Assembly: GCA_965248055.1 (NCBI GenBank)
Contig: CBDFIJ010000004.1
Location: 1,632,001-1,696,000 of the forward strand
Reading direction: 5' to 3'
Origin: Candidatus Multivoradales bacterium
GTDB lineage: Bacteria > Acidobacteriota > Thermoanaerobaculia > Multivoradales > JAHEKO01
DNA length: 64,000 nt
Under the pieces are notes generated by a model. It was not told where the DNA came from. It did no database searches and was given only the letters and a program-made list of their open reading frames with translations. This document shows, piece by piece, positions 17,724 through 27,928 of this stretch. The translations under genes were made by a program, and so were the position numbers. Position 1 is the stretch's first letter, and the number at the start of each line of letters is the position of its first letter.

Positions 17724-19658
17724 TTAACCGCCGATGACCAAAAGCTCCCTCAAATCATATATCTGGTGAATATTCTCCGATTGATACGCCGATAACCGCT
17801 GCCGATGAAATGGCATGGAGACAGCCTCCATCTCTGCCTTCTCGGCATCTTTGAAACGTCCCAGCTCAGCGTAAATCATCCCCATAGTGACGGCGACTTC
17901 AGAAGTTGCGTCGTCCGTGTAGTGAGCGGTCATAATGTCGAGCGCTCGCTGCTCGTCGCGAGCCGAAGACTCAGCGACCAGCAGCCGAGCCAATTGATGG
18001 GCCACTAGTCCATTGTCTGGCAACAGCTCAGCCGCCACTTCAAGTGTTGCAATAGCCCCCGCTGGATCTTGTGACATGACCATCGCAGCGGCACGGCGCA
18101 AATGAGCCGCTGGGTTAGATGGCTGATCTGCAATCACTTGCTGGTATTGCTCAATGGCTTCCGAATAGCGACCCATGTGGGCCAGAAGGTCTGCCAAACG
18201 GAATCGGGATGAGGTGAGGGTACGGTCTTGCTGCAACCCTTCCAAGAGCGCTGTTATCGCTCGGTCCAACTGCTGATGGCGTACGAAAAATTCCGCCAAT
18301 CCTCTTTGGATCAAAGCGACTCCTCGACTGTCCGAGGACTGCTCCGTTGCTGCCTCCAGAATTTCCAAGGCTCGAGCGAGATCCCCCTCGATCTCACTGG
18401 CTTCGGCCAATCTCACGTACGCAGTCGCCTGCGAAGGATCCAATCCCACAACCCTATTGAGAGCGTCGCGAGCTTCCTGAGTCTTGCCGAGGTTGAGAAG
18501 CGCGGTACCTCGCTTAAGCAACGCTTCAACATTGTTCGGTCTAGCAGCCAATACGTGATCATACCTACCTACCGCTTCCAGGTACTTGCCGGCACGCGCC
18601 TCGAGATTCCCCAACTTAAGGTGCGAAGAAATCAGCTCGACATCAAGTTCCAGGGAGCGCAAGAAATTTCCCCTCGCCATAGAATCTCGATCCAGATAAA
18701 CCCGTAACCCACCGAGTGCGTAATGCAGCCGCGCCCGCAAACGGCGACTATCAGGATCGTCTGTTTTCTCTAGCTCACCCAGATCATCCACGAGGACCTC
18801 TTGGCTCCCCTGCACGTCACCAAATTGAGTCAACGCAAAGCCAAGCAGTTCATCAGCAGTTACCGTATCTTCATCCCCAGCCATCGATAGTAGCGCCTGG
18901 TAGGCGGCCAACAGACGTACTTCTCCGAGGGCTTTGCTCGTGGGGTCATCAAACACCACGCTCTGACGCCCACGAAGTTGTAACTGTCGGTCCGCTTCTT
19001 CGATTTCCCCGCTGGCTCTGATAGCTTGCGACAAAGGCACTCGAATCGCCGACGCCGATGGCTGAAGTCTTAGCGCTTGGCGAAAGGCCATAATCGCCTC
19101 TTGCTCATCATTCAACGCCAACCGGATTTGCCCCAGACCGAAGTACGCCTCCGCGGAAGGGGACAAAGCCAAGGCTTTCGAGTAACTTGCGAGCGCATCT
19201 CGTGTATCTCCAGAAGCCCTTTGAACATCGCCGAGGCGAACCCACGCGTGAGCGGCTTTGGAATCCAGGGCCACAGCGTTGCGGAATTTTTCTTTCGCTT
19301 GATCAACATCGCCTAGAAATTCGCTTACTCGCCCAGAAAAATATGGCCAACGAAATTCTTGAGGGGCGAGCTTGGCAGCTTGATCATAGGCTTCTCGAGC
19401 CGCGTCGCGCAGGTCGAACGCATGGAGAACTTGGCCGTAGTCACCAAAGGCAGCGGCCAAATCCCCATCCGTGGTGTTGGGGTTCGCTAACTGCTGTTCG
19501 ACGTCCGCGTGAACTCCAAGCAACCAATCTCGTAGCGACGGCTCCAATTGGGCCGTATTTGGCATCGGCACAGCCAGAGAAGAACGATCCAAAGGATTGT
19601 CACTGCAAGCTGCGACAACCAAAGCCCCGGACAGGATAAGCGCCCCCAGTCGTCGCAC
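17724..19658 (-). CDS. TPR-repeat lipoprotein (family A copy 1)
   Basis: Lipobox VVAAC; many TPR units; C-terminal GMIYAELGRF; start overlaps the upstream ASPIC/UnbV stop. Confidence 0.85.
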   Translation of the reverse strand: MRRLGALILSGALVVAACSDNPLDRSSLAVPMPNTAQLEPSLRDWLLGVHADVEQQLANPNTTDGDLAAAFGDYGQVLHAFDLRDAAREAYDQAAKLAPQEFRWPYFSGRVSEFLGDVDQAKEKFRNAVALDSKAAHAWVRLGDVQRASGDTRDALASYSKALALSPSAEAYFGLGQIRLALNDEQEAIMAFRQALRLQPSASAIRVPLSQAIRASGEIEEADRQLQLRGRQSVVFDDPTSKALGEVRLLAAYQALLSMAGDEDTVTADELLGFALTQFGDVQGSQEVLVDDLGELEKTDDPDSRRLRARLHYALGGLRVYLDRDSMARGNFLRSLELDVELISSHLKLGNLEARAGKYLEAVGRYDHVLAARPNNVEALLKRGTALLNLGKTQEARDALNRVVGLDPSQATAYVRLAEASEIEGDLARALEILEAATEQSSDSRGVALIQRGLAEFFVRHQQLDRAITALLEGLQQDRTLTSSRFRLADLLAHMGRYSEAIEQYQQVIADQPSNPAAHLRRAAAMVMSQDPAGAIATLEVAAELLPDNGLVAHQLARLLVAESSARDEQRALDIMTAHYTDDATSEVAVTMGMIYAELGRFKDAEKAEMEAVSMPFHRQRLSAYQSENIHQIYDLRELLVIGG

Positions 19659-21397
19659 TAGGAGCCCGCCTGGCGTCCAGTGCCCTCTTGAATCACTTGA
19701 TAAGAGCGCAACTGAAGGTTATCGAACTCCTCCACGAGTCCGCTGACCCAACGCACCGTAAGACTTACTGTTCGATGTTCACCAAGACCGAAAAGCAATC
19801 TTGGGTCACTGGAGGACGCAAATGACTCAGTGGTGTGGACAGTTCGCACCAACGACGACTGATCTTCCAAGTGCAGTATCGCGCGTGCACCAATCGCATC
19901 CCGCACCGCCGAGTCAGCTCCTGCGGTGACCACCCGAAAACCGATCCAGGCCTGATCTTGTCCGACTTGGTTAATCAGTAACTCAACAGGACCGTTGTTG
20001 TTCAGAATTAGCACATCAGTATCGCCATCGTTATCCACGTCGCCTGCCGCTGCTCCTCGACTCACTTCGAGGTTGGCAAACGCAGGTCCGGCTTGATCAG
20101 AAACTTCACGAAACTCTCCTAATCCGCTATTTTGAAACAGTTGATTGCGCATGCGAAGCGGATAGAGAACACCATTTGTCGCCTGTTCTTCTACAATCTG
20201 TACTGCACCGTTTGCAGTCAAGATGTCGAGATCACCGTCGTTATCAAAATCCAAAGCCAGAGCCCCAAAACCGGTGGCCCATTTGGAAGCCGCCGCCATC
20301 CCAGCCCCGATGGTCGCGTCCCTGAAGTTTCCTGATCCGTCATTCTGATACAGCGTATGGGTTTCTCCAGCCAAGTGCGCCATTACCAAGTCGAGATCGC
20401 CATCTGAGTCCAAATCGCCGGAAACAACACCCATACTTGCTTCGGCCTGTCCTTCAGAGTTCAGAGCGGCTCCGCGCACCAAGGACTGATCGTCAAAAGT
20501 GCCATCGCCTCGATTCATCCACAACTGGTTGGGCCTGCCATCATTGGCCACATAGAGATCCAACCAACCGTCGGAATCAGCATCCAGAAACACAGAGCCG
20601 AGAGCCGAGCCAAAGGACTGATTGAGGCCTGCCGACCTAGTCACGTCCTCAAACTCCTCTCCCCGACGATTGTGAAACAGGCGATCACTCAGCTCCGTGT
20701 AAGCAAGTGGCCCACAGTAGTCACGCGCACCGGTGACCCGAAAGCACTGTTTGGGGTTGTCGATCTCCAAGTCCACGTAGTTACCGACGAACAAATCCAG
20801 CCATCCGTCGCGATCGAAATCGAAAACACTAGCAGGCACCGACCAACGCACATCTCCCGCATTCCAGCCCACCGTCGCATCGACAAACTTACCGTCCGGC
20901 CCGCCAAGAAGAAGGCTGTTTTCTTGAAGTCCTGTCAGATATAAGTCAACATATCCATCGTTGTTGAAATCTCCGCTAGCCACACCCATTCCATAGCCAC
21001 GAAGGTCTAGCTCAACCTCTTCCGTGATGTCGACAAATCGAAGTCCCCGGTCGTCCGATCGATTTTCAAACAACCGGTCTCGTGGCGGGCCATCGTCTGA
21101 AAACGTGAACTCCGCTTCTTCTGGGCTACGTCCCGGGGGCAACATGGATCCCTGGGTCAAATAAAGATCGAGGTCACCATCATTGTCGTAGTCGAGCATC
21201 GCGCAACCACCTGCAGTTACCTCGGCCAAATAGAAATCTCCAGCGGCCCCGTGGAAATGGTCAAAGTTCAATCCTGACTCTTTAGCCATATCCAAAAATA
21301 GCGGCTGATTGGTGGGAGCCTCAGTTTGATTCAAGATCCTCTGATCACTGCAGGCAACGAGGACAAGAATCAGGGATAAGGGCGCGCAGGGCATCAT
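19658..21397 (-). CDS. CRTAC1-family protein (FG-GAP repeats + ASPIC/UnbV), lipoprotein, copy 1
   Basis: LVAC lipobox; repeats DYDNDGDLDLY, DFNNDGYVDLY, DFDRDGWLDLF, DVDNDGDTD; C-terminal AIGARA...SSDPRLLFGLG. Confidence 0.9.
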   Translation of the reverse strand: MMPCAPLSLILVLVACSDQRILNQTEAPTNQPLFLDMAKESGLNFDHFHGAAGDFYLAEVTAGGCAMLDYDNDGDLDLYLTQGSMLPPGRSPEEAEFTFSDDGPPRDRLFENRSDDRGLRFVDITEEVELDLRGYGMGVASGDFNNDGYVDLYLTGLQENSLLLGGPDGKFVDATVGWNAGDVRWSVPASVFDFDRDGWLDLFVGNYVDLEIDNPKQCFRVTGARDYCGPLAYTELSDRLFHNRRGEEFEDVTRSAGLNQSFGSALGSVFLDADSDGWLDLYVANDGRPNQLWMNRGDGTFDDQSLVRGAALNSEGQAEASMGVVSGDLDSDGDLDLVMAHLAGETHTLYQNDGSGNFRDATIGAGMAAASKWATGFGALALDFDNDGDLDILTANGAVQIVEEQATNGVLYPLRMRNQLFQNSGLGEFREVSDQAGPAFANLEVSRGAAAGDVDNDGDTDVLILNNNGPVELLINQVGQDQAWIGFRVVTAGADSAVRDAIGARAILHLEDQSSLVRTVHTTESFASSSDPRLLFGLGEHRTVSLTVRWVSGLVEEFDNLQLRSYQVIQEGTGRQAGS

Positions 21398-21418
21398 ATT
21401 GGCGAGCTTACAGCAGAC

Positions 21419-21444
21419 AAAAAAAAGCCCCCGCGAACGGGGGC
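21419..21444 (-). terminator. Rho-independent terminator after TonB-dependent receptor 1
   Basis: Minus strand GCCCCCG-TTCG-CGGGGGC-TTTTTTTT. Confidence 0.9.
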
Positions 21445-21469
21445 CCTTTGAATGCAGTTGAACCGTCGA

Positions 21470-24400
21470 CTAGCGAGGATTCCAGCGAAACCCCACCGAA
21501 ATCTGGAACTCCCGCACATTTTGTAAATCGTCCTCCTCGGTGGCTTTACCGAAGTTGGAGCCCTTGCGCCAATGCGTGCCTTCAACCGGAGTTTCCGTAA
21601 AGGGATTCCAGGTTGACAGCGTTGAGGTTTCAAATCCGGTGGTTACCGAGGTATTCGGATCATCAACCGCATCCTCGTTAAAGAGGTTGGTTACCGAAGG
21701 GATCACAAAGACCGAGAAACGACCGAAGTCCACACTGTAGTTGAACTGAAGATCGGTGCGAGTCACGTCATCCGTAGTGAAGGCACCACGGCCACCGAAG
21801 TAGTAATCTAAGTCGCCTGGCGGGGTGATGTAGCCAGGGTTAGTCACGTAGGGACGTGGGTCCACGGTGCCGATCGCACTGTACGGTTGCCCACTGAGGA
21901 AACTCTGCAACATGCTAACGCTCACGTTGTGGCGGTCGTTGCTGAAAAGGTCATAGATGGCCCAGACGCGCGCACGAAAGCGCTGATCGTTGCTGAGATC
22001 ACCGGTAGGAGAATTCTCGGCAAAACGGTACTCTGGGTAGCTAGTCAAAGAGCTGTCCGAGATAGCCCCCGAGCCGCTGGTCTCGCCGTTGAGGTTACCG
22101 TAAAGGTGAGAAACCGTTGCGTTCGCCCCTACCCGTAGCTTGCCGTCGAGAAAGCGTAAATTGGTAATTACCGATGCGCCATAGTAGTCCCGATTGGCAA
22201 TACTGTCGTTATTAACGATCAGCCCCTTGTCGAACGGAGCACCGGTTTCGGTGGTTCCTTGGCCAGTGCCAAGATCAACTCTCTCCAAAAGGAAATCACC
22301 GAACTCGCGCGCTGAGAGGTCAACTCGAATCCCACCATAAGTTCCAATATTGGTCTGATAACCGAGGGAGAACTCGGTTGCCGTAGTCGAACCAAGTCCG
22401 GTATCCAGCAGGGTTGTCGCACCAGGAATATCGACGTCAAACAGGAACGGGCAGGAGAACGGATCTGCGAGCGCATTCGGGCAGACATCAAAAAACCAAC
22501 TAAAGACCTTCTGGTTAAAGGTCACCGGATCAAAGAAACCGGAGTCGGGGCCGAAATAGTCGAAACCGAACTGCGCGGGACTTCCAGCCGGCGAAGAAGA
22601 ATTGAAAACACCACCTGCAGCGTGGCCAACATACTGGCCGACAAATGCATGTAGGACATGTTCGCCGTCGCCCTTGAGGTCGTAGGTGGCGCCAATACGA
22701 GGACTGACGGCACTGTTCTTAGCTACCTGCAGGCCAAGCGAATTAACCGCATCCAGTTCGTCGAAACGGGCCCCCAAGCTGACACTCAAGCGATCATTGA
22801 CCCGCCACGAATCATTGACGAAGGCGGATTGGGTTTCGAACGCTGTGCCTTGGGTGGGATTCAAGATTGGCAAATACTGAATGGTTGTCGCTCCGGGAAG
22901 CAATAGCGGGAAAACCTTGTCGCCGACAATCTGTGATTCGGCGAAATTCCAAATCATCAAGTCGTTGGGCGACTGATGGTTATCCGCAGCGCGAATGTCC
23001 GTGAAGCTCTCCACGCCGAAAGCCAAATCGTGCGACCCTTGGTCCCCGGCTAGAAAATAAGAGCCCTTGCCGAACCAAGTTTCATTGGAACGTTCTTCGG
23101 GAATACAACCATCGACCTTGGTGTCGTCGCAGAACAAGGATTCGTTGACGATGATGTTGTTGACCAAGTCCCAAACTGGAGTGCCGGTGTCGATTGCATC
23201 GTCACCACCGCCACTGCCTTCAAAGAAAAACTGACGATCAGTTACCCGAGCTTCGACGAAGAAGTTAGGGGTCAAAACCCCAGTGTAACTAAGAACGTTC
23301 AACTCCTGCGGTAGAGAACGAACATCATCCAGCGACCCATCGTCGATGGTGGCCAAGAAATTACTAAGACCACCGTGTGGCACGCCAGTTTGGTCGTTTT
23401 CGATCTCAGTATACCCAGCCTGTAACTGGTGCTTCTCGGTCATGCCCAAAGTGAGTTTTCCACTCAGGCGCGAGTTGTCGGTGCCGGTGGGATAAGAAAT
23501 ATTGAGAAAACTGGTGCCAGTACCCTCGGTCGAGCGATCCCGTCCAGCGGCAAAAAACCACAATTTGTCGCGCATAATCCGGCCACCCAAGGTGGCTTCG
23601 AGCGTGTGATTCAGCGTGTCCTCACGCGTTTCTGGCGAAAAATCATTCTTGCCTAGCCAGTCTTCATTGTCGAAAGTCGTGCGGATCGAGCCCTCAAAGT
23701 TATTACCACCCGACTTCGAGATCGCATTCACCACGCCGCCAGTGAAACGACCGTACTCAGCCGAAATAGCGCCGGTCTGAATCGTGGTCTCTTGAATTTC
23801 ATCTTCGATGAACAACTCAAATTCTTGTCCGCGGATGTTCTCATTCAGAACCACTCCGTTGAGCGTGTAGAGGTTGTCCCAAGACTGAGCGCCATTGATT
23901 GAATCACCGTTGACTCCAGTGGCGACCCCTGGAGACAGGGCGACCGCATTTCCAAGCGCCCGACCGACGGGAAGAGCATCCAACTCTTCAGATGTTATGG
24001 TAGACGATTTAGTACTGGTCTGGGAAATAGCTTGGGTCGCCTCCCCGGTAACCACGATCTCCTCTGAAATCGACCCAGAACCCAGGATCACATCCATGGG
24101 TAATGTCTGTGCTGCATTTACCTTCACCCGTTGGGTGGCAGCCTGAAATCCTTCCAATTGGAAGGTCACTTCGTATTCGCCAGGAGGCAGTGGTGGCGAA
24201 GCAAAGCCACCGTTGCTTTCGCTGACAATGACTCTGGAACCTTGTAGATTGTCTGACTCCAGGGTAATGGTCACCCCAGGCAAGCCAGCGTCATCTGAGT
24301 CGGAAATGTTTCCGGTTATCCGACCGGTACTCTGAGCCGCCAGCGGCATGGCAATGAGCGCCACCGCAAACAAACTCATCAGGAAAAACTTGAGCTTCAT
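21470..24400 (-). CDS. Oar-like TonB-dependent receptor with N-terminal carboxypeptidase-regulatory-like domain (copy 1)
   Basis: Signal peptide, LPGVTITL...LPPGEYEVTF domain, plug motif ISAEYGRFTGGVVNAISKSGGN, beta-barrel strands ending FQISVGFRW; GGAGGT RBS. Confidence 0.92.
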   Translation of the reverse strand: MKLKFFLMSLFAVALIAMPLAAQSTGRITGNISDSDDAGLPGVTITLESDNLQGSRVIVSESNGGFASPPLPPGEYEVTFQLEGFQAATQRVKVNAAQTLPMDVILGSGSISEEIVVTGEATQAISQTSTKSSTITSEELDALPVGRALGNAVALSPGVATGVNGDSINGAQSWDNLYTLNGVVLNENIRGQEFELFIEDEIQETTIQTGAISAEYGRFTGGVVNAISKSGGNNFEGSIRTTFDNEDWLGKNDFSPETREDTLNHTLEATLGGRIMRDKLWFFAAGRDRSTEGTGTSFLNISYPTGTDNSRLSGKLTLGMTEKHQLQAGYTEIENDQTGVPHGGLSNFLATIDDGSLDDVRSLPQELNVLSYTGVLTPNFFVEARVTDRQFFFEGSGGGDDAIDTGTPVWDLVNNIIVNESLFCDDTKVDGCIPEERSNETWFGKGSYFLAGDQGSHDLAFGVESFTDIRAADNHQSPNDLMIWNFAESQIVGDKVFPLLLPGATTIQYLPILNPTQGTAFETQSAFVNDSWRVNDRLSVSLGARFDELDAVNSLGLQVAKNSAVSPRIGATYDLKGDGEHVLHAFVGQYVGHAAGGVFNSSSPAGSPAQFGFDYFGPDSGFFDPVTFNQKVFSWFFDVCPNALADPFSCPFLFDVDIPGATTLLDTGLGSTTATEFSLGYQTNIGTYGGIRVDLSAREFGDFLLERVDLGTGQGTTETGAPFDKGLIVNNDSIANRDYYGASVITNLRFLDGKLRVGANATVSHLYGNLNGETSGSGAISDSSLTSYPEYRFAENSPTGDLSNDQRFRARVWAIYDLFSNDRHNVSVSMLQSFLSGQPYSAIGTVDPRPYVTNPGYITPPGDLDYYFGGRGAFTTDDVTRTDLQFNYSVDFGRFSVFVIPSVTNLFNEDAVDDPNTSVTTGFETSTLSTWNPFTETPVEGTHWRKGSNFGKATEEDDLQNVREFQISVGFRWNPR

Positions 24401-24494
24401 GAACTACCTCCCAGTACGTTGTTTAAGTTTAGGTGATACTTCCAAGCGACCCTGGTCGGCGATTGGAAGCAATACATACATATAATTTAATAAA

Positions 24495-24510
24495 AGCAAA
24501 CGTAATGCCG
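24495..24510 (-). promoter_or_regulatory. sigma54 (-24/-12) promoter motif of receptor 1
   Basis: Minus strand CGGCAT-TACGT-TTGCT, exact GG-N10-GC spacing, ~95 nt upstream of the ATG in an AT-rich spacer. Confidence 0.65.
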
Positions 24511-24670
24511 ATCATCAGCAATAAAGCGAACTCCCCAGACAACCTACTAATCGCCGGTAAAGCTTTGTATCCGTTCGTTTTACGATTAAAGCAAACAACG
24601 GCCTCGGAACGCAATTTATGGACCGATCGCTACTTCGGTTCAATCCATTGGAAGCTGTAGTTCAATGGGT

Positions 24671-24686
24671 TGGATTATCCGTTGCT
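24671..24686 (+). promoter_or_regulatory. Possible divergent sigma54 motif for the TPR gene
   Basis: TGGATT-ATCCG-TTGCT; correct spacing but weaker -24 element. Confidence 0.35.
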
Positions 24687-24732
24687 ACGGTGGAGCCAAC
24701 CGCGCCCAAAAGCCCCTATGATTAAATCAACT

Positions 24733-26610
24733 ATGAGTATCTCACACCACCAATCATACCCAACTCCCTGGATCTTCATTTTGATAATCAGTTGCTCACA
24801 ACAGTGGACACCTCCGGAAATATCCCTCGTGGGAGCATCTAGGTCTACTCAACAGCGCGTCGAACGGGCTCGCTCACTCGCGGGGCCGGGCGCTGCTAAG
24901 CAAATTGCTGATCTCGGTGACCTCTATTTTGCCTTGGGCTACTCGGGGGCTGCAGGGGCCTGCTACCGCCGTTCTTTTGCTCTACAACCGAATATTGAGA
25001 GCGGTTTTCTAGCCGCGAGCACAACCAGGGAGTCCGGAGACACAGCGACCGCTGAAACCTACTTTCACAGGGTCTTGGATTTAGATGCAAAGCACAAGTC
25101 TTCACGTTTGAGCCTCGCTGAGATGCTGCTCGAGAACCATAAACTGGAACTCTCCATCGAGAGCTATCGCCACGTGTTATCTGATTACCCAGGCGATCCT
25201 CAAGCATTAGTTGGACTGGGGCGTGCCTTGCTAGCAGCGGGCCGTGGAGATGAAGCCGCGACAGCTTTGGTGGAGGTCTTGCGCCTAAGACCTCACGCCA
25301 CCTCGGTCCATGCGTCCATTGCCGAAGCCTATCGAGCTATTGGCCGCCCAGACCTTGCTCGTGGTCACCTCACCAAAGCCGGACCTGGGGCCATCATGAG
25401 CGACGACTTGATCCTGGCGCGAGTTGGACGGCTCCGCATTGAGCTAATCGGGGAAACCGTTATCGCGCTGTCAGAGCAGGAGACCGTATCAGCTGAGGAT
25501 GTCGCCGGGTTCACGGTGGCGCAGCTGGGTCCGGTACCAGGAGCGGTTGCTGGTCTCAAGCAGATCGCCCCAAAACTTGTATCAAATTCTGGCCAGCACT
25601 CCGCTCGATTTTGGTTTGCGGTGGGCGCCCTCGCGGACCGACAAGGAAACCCTAATGAAGCCGAAGCGGCCTATGGTCAGGCGATCAATGAAGACCCAAG
25701 GTTGAGTTCCGCCAAACTACGCCGAGCACAAGCGCTGGTTAAGTTGGAGCGCTGGGATGACGCGGCCGCGTTATTCAAAGAGCTTCCATCACTGGATACC
25801 AAACACATTCGTGATTATGCGTCCACCTTGGCACAAACCGACGAACTCAGTCCCGCTGCGTCGCTCTTGCAAAACGCGATCGACAACTCTCCTCAGCAAC
25901 GCGACCGCGAGCAGCTCCAGCTCGATCTGGCTGACGTTCAACTGGCTCTAGGACAGACCGTGAGCGGGCTGCGATTGTATCAGCAAGTAACGGAAAGTTC
26001 CGACCCGATCCTGGCCGCGTCCGCATGGATGTCTTTAGGGGAACAGCAACGCACACAAAATAACTACGCATCTGCAATTGACGCATTTGGTAGAGCGATC
26101 GAATCTTCACCCAAGTGGTTAAATCCCCGGTACTCCCTTGCCGCTACTTTGGCGCAACTTCGTCGTTTCAATGACGCTTCTCTGCAGTACCGAAAGATCG
26201 TTGAACTGCAGCCTACGGAAGAAACAGCATGGCTGGGTGCGGCGACCGCAAAGGTATTGGGCGGAGCGGACCCAAAACAAACCACCGATCTATTAGCCTC
26301 TGCCCTGGATGCCCTGCCACAAAGTACTCGCCTTCGAGCGGCTCTGGCTAGACACCTTGTTGTCACCTCAGCGATAACCCCGCCCGAGGACGCCGTACAA
26401 GCCCTTGAGCTCGCCCAGGGATTGATCAACCTAAATCGGTCAACTGAAAACCTGGAAACCAAAGCAATGGCGCTGGCAGCCCTAGGTCGCTTCGCGGAAG
26501 CCATCGCTACTCAAGAGGAACTCCTGGTCAACGCCACCGAATCCGACACCGGTCGCCTGGAGGCAAACCTAGCTCGATACCGTCGGCAGCAACCATGCTG
26601 CCGCAACTGA
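24733..26610 (+). CDS. TPR-repeat putative lipoprotein (family A copy 2)
   Basis: Hydrophobic leader ending IISC; TPR units; C-terminal AMALAALGRFAEAIATQ shared with paralogues; start uncertain (24670/24718/24733). Confidence 0.8.
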   Translation: MSISHHQSYPTPWIFILIISCSQQWTPPEISLVGASRSTQQRVERARSLAGPGAAKQIADLGDLYFALGYSGAAGACYRRSFALQPNIESGFLAASTTRESGDTATAETYFHRVLDLDAKHKSSRLSLAEMLLENHKLELSIESYRHVLSDYPGDPQALVGLGRALLAAGRGDEAATALVEVLRLRPHATSVHASIAEAYRAIGRPDLARGHLTKAGPGAIMSDDLILARVGRLRIELIGETVIALSEQETVSAEDVAGFTVAQLGPVPGAVAGLKQIAPKLVSNSGQHSARFWFAVGALADRQGNPNEAEAAYGQAINEDPRLSSAKLRRAQALVKLERWDDAAALFKELPSLDTKHIRDYASTLAQTDELSPAASLLQNAIDNSPQQRDREQLQLDLADVQLALGQTVSGLRLYQQVTESSDPILAASAWMSLGEQQRTQNNYASAIDAFGRAIESSPKWLNPRYSLAATLAQLRRFNDASLQYRKIVELQPTEETAWLGAATAKVLGGADPKQTTDLLASALDALPQSTRLRAALARHLVVTSAITPPEDAVQALELAQGLINLNRSTENLETKAMALAALGRFAEAIATQEELLVNATESDTGRLEANLARYRRQQPCCRN

Positions 26611-26618
26611 ATCGCCTA

Positions 26619-27872
26619 CTACTGCAGGTATCCGAGCATCGCTTCCGCGTTGCCCGCTTCTGGATGGTCAGGAGACAGTTCCAAGAAGCGAGCAAGTAGT
26701 TTCTTCGCCTCTCCCGTCTTACCTTCTCCTACGTAGGCAACCCCCAAATGAAAATTGGCCTCCGCGTTGTCTGGGTCCAATGTCACTGCCTGTTCAAGAA
26801 CTTCGACCGCGGCTTCTGTTTGGCCCTCTCTGAACAAACGTGCGCCTTCTTCCGTGAAGGTGATTGCCACCGAGGAAGGGTCGGCGTCGGCGAGCAGGCC
26901 GAACACCTTAGAAGCGTTCTCCGAGTCCCCAGTCTTGACATAGGCTCGATGCAGAATCGCGAGGGAAGAAACATTCCCAGGCTCTTGATCAAATACTTGC
27001 GAAGCAAGCGCAATTGCTTCCACGTAGTCTCCTTGTTGCTGTCGGACCTCCGCTAGCAACAGCCGGGCGGTCATGAGACTCGGATCGATGACAAGTGCTG
27101 ACTCCAAAGATACCCCAGCAGTCTCTAGGTCTTCCCCTTGAAAAAGCTGCACCGCGTTGTTGTATGCACGGGCAGCGGTATCCAGGGTCGGTTGGCCGGC
27201 TGCCAGTGCGGGCACCAGTGCGGCAGCATCGACATAACGACCCAAAGCGAACAATATGTCGAACATCAGCGTTAGTCCGACCGCGTCATTTGGTCTTTCC
27301 AGCAAGAAATTAGCTGCGTTCTCTAATGCCTCCGCATACTCTCCACGTTCGAGTGCAATCGAGGCAAGAATCTTCTTCGCATCAGCCAAATCCGGGGCTT
27401 CAACGAGCGCTTGTGTCATTTTTTTCCGTGCGGCCAGCTTATCCCCTTCGTTGTAGAGCTCAGCGCCTTTGTTGTACAAACGAATCGCTGGACTCCCTCC
27501 TTCCAATCGTTGAGCACCACCCCCCGAACTCGCGGTTGCGGAGCCTTCGGGAATCATCGTGAACACCTGTTGGAAGGTCTGTCCTGAACCAATCGTTATT
27601 TCGTTGGACAAAGACTGAAATCCCGCCAACGAGATAATGACTTGGTGTGGCACCGAACCGTTGACCACCCCGACCGTAAATCTACCTTTCTTGTTGCTAA
27701 CCCCGTCATACGTAGCTGAAGTCGAGAGATCCTCGACCGCAATCGTTGCTCCAGGAAGCGGATTTCCAGCCACGTCAACGATCTTTCCCGCCACGCGCCC
27801 TTGTGTCTGCCCCCACATCGTAGTTGCCACAAATACCATTCCCAAGGAATATCCAATGCAAGCTCTTTTCAT
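26619..27872 (-). CDS. Secreted carboxypeptidase-regulatory-like + TPR protein (family B copy 1)
   Basis: Signal peptide, GRVAGKIVDVAGNPLPGATI...SNKKGRFT, then TPRs; AAGGAGG RBS. Confidence 0.85.
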   Translation of the reverse strand: MKRACIGYSLGMVFVATTMWGQTQGRVAGKIVDVAGNPLPGATIAVEDLSTSATYDGVSNKKGRFTVGVVNGSVPHQVIISLAGFQSLSNEITIGSGQTFQQVFTMIPEGSATASSGGGAQRLEGGSPAIRLYNKGAELYNEGDKLAARKKMTQALVEAPDLADAKKILASIALERGEYAEALENAANFLLERPNDAVGLTLMFDILFALGRYVDAAALVPALAAGQPTLDTAARAYNNAVQLFQGEDLETAGVSLESALVIDPSLMTARLLLAEVRQQQGDYVEAIALASQVFDQEPGNVSSLAILHRAYVKTGDSENASKVFGLLADADPSSVAITFTEEGARLFREGQTEAAVEVLEQAVTLDPDNAEANFHLGVAYVGEGKTGEAKKLLARFLELSPDHPEAGNAEAMLGYLQ

Positions 27873-27928
27873 GATTTCCTCCTTATCAAACAGGTAATTC
27901 TATTCGCCTCCGTTTTGCCGATAAGCAT

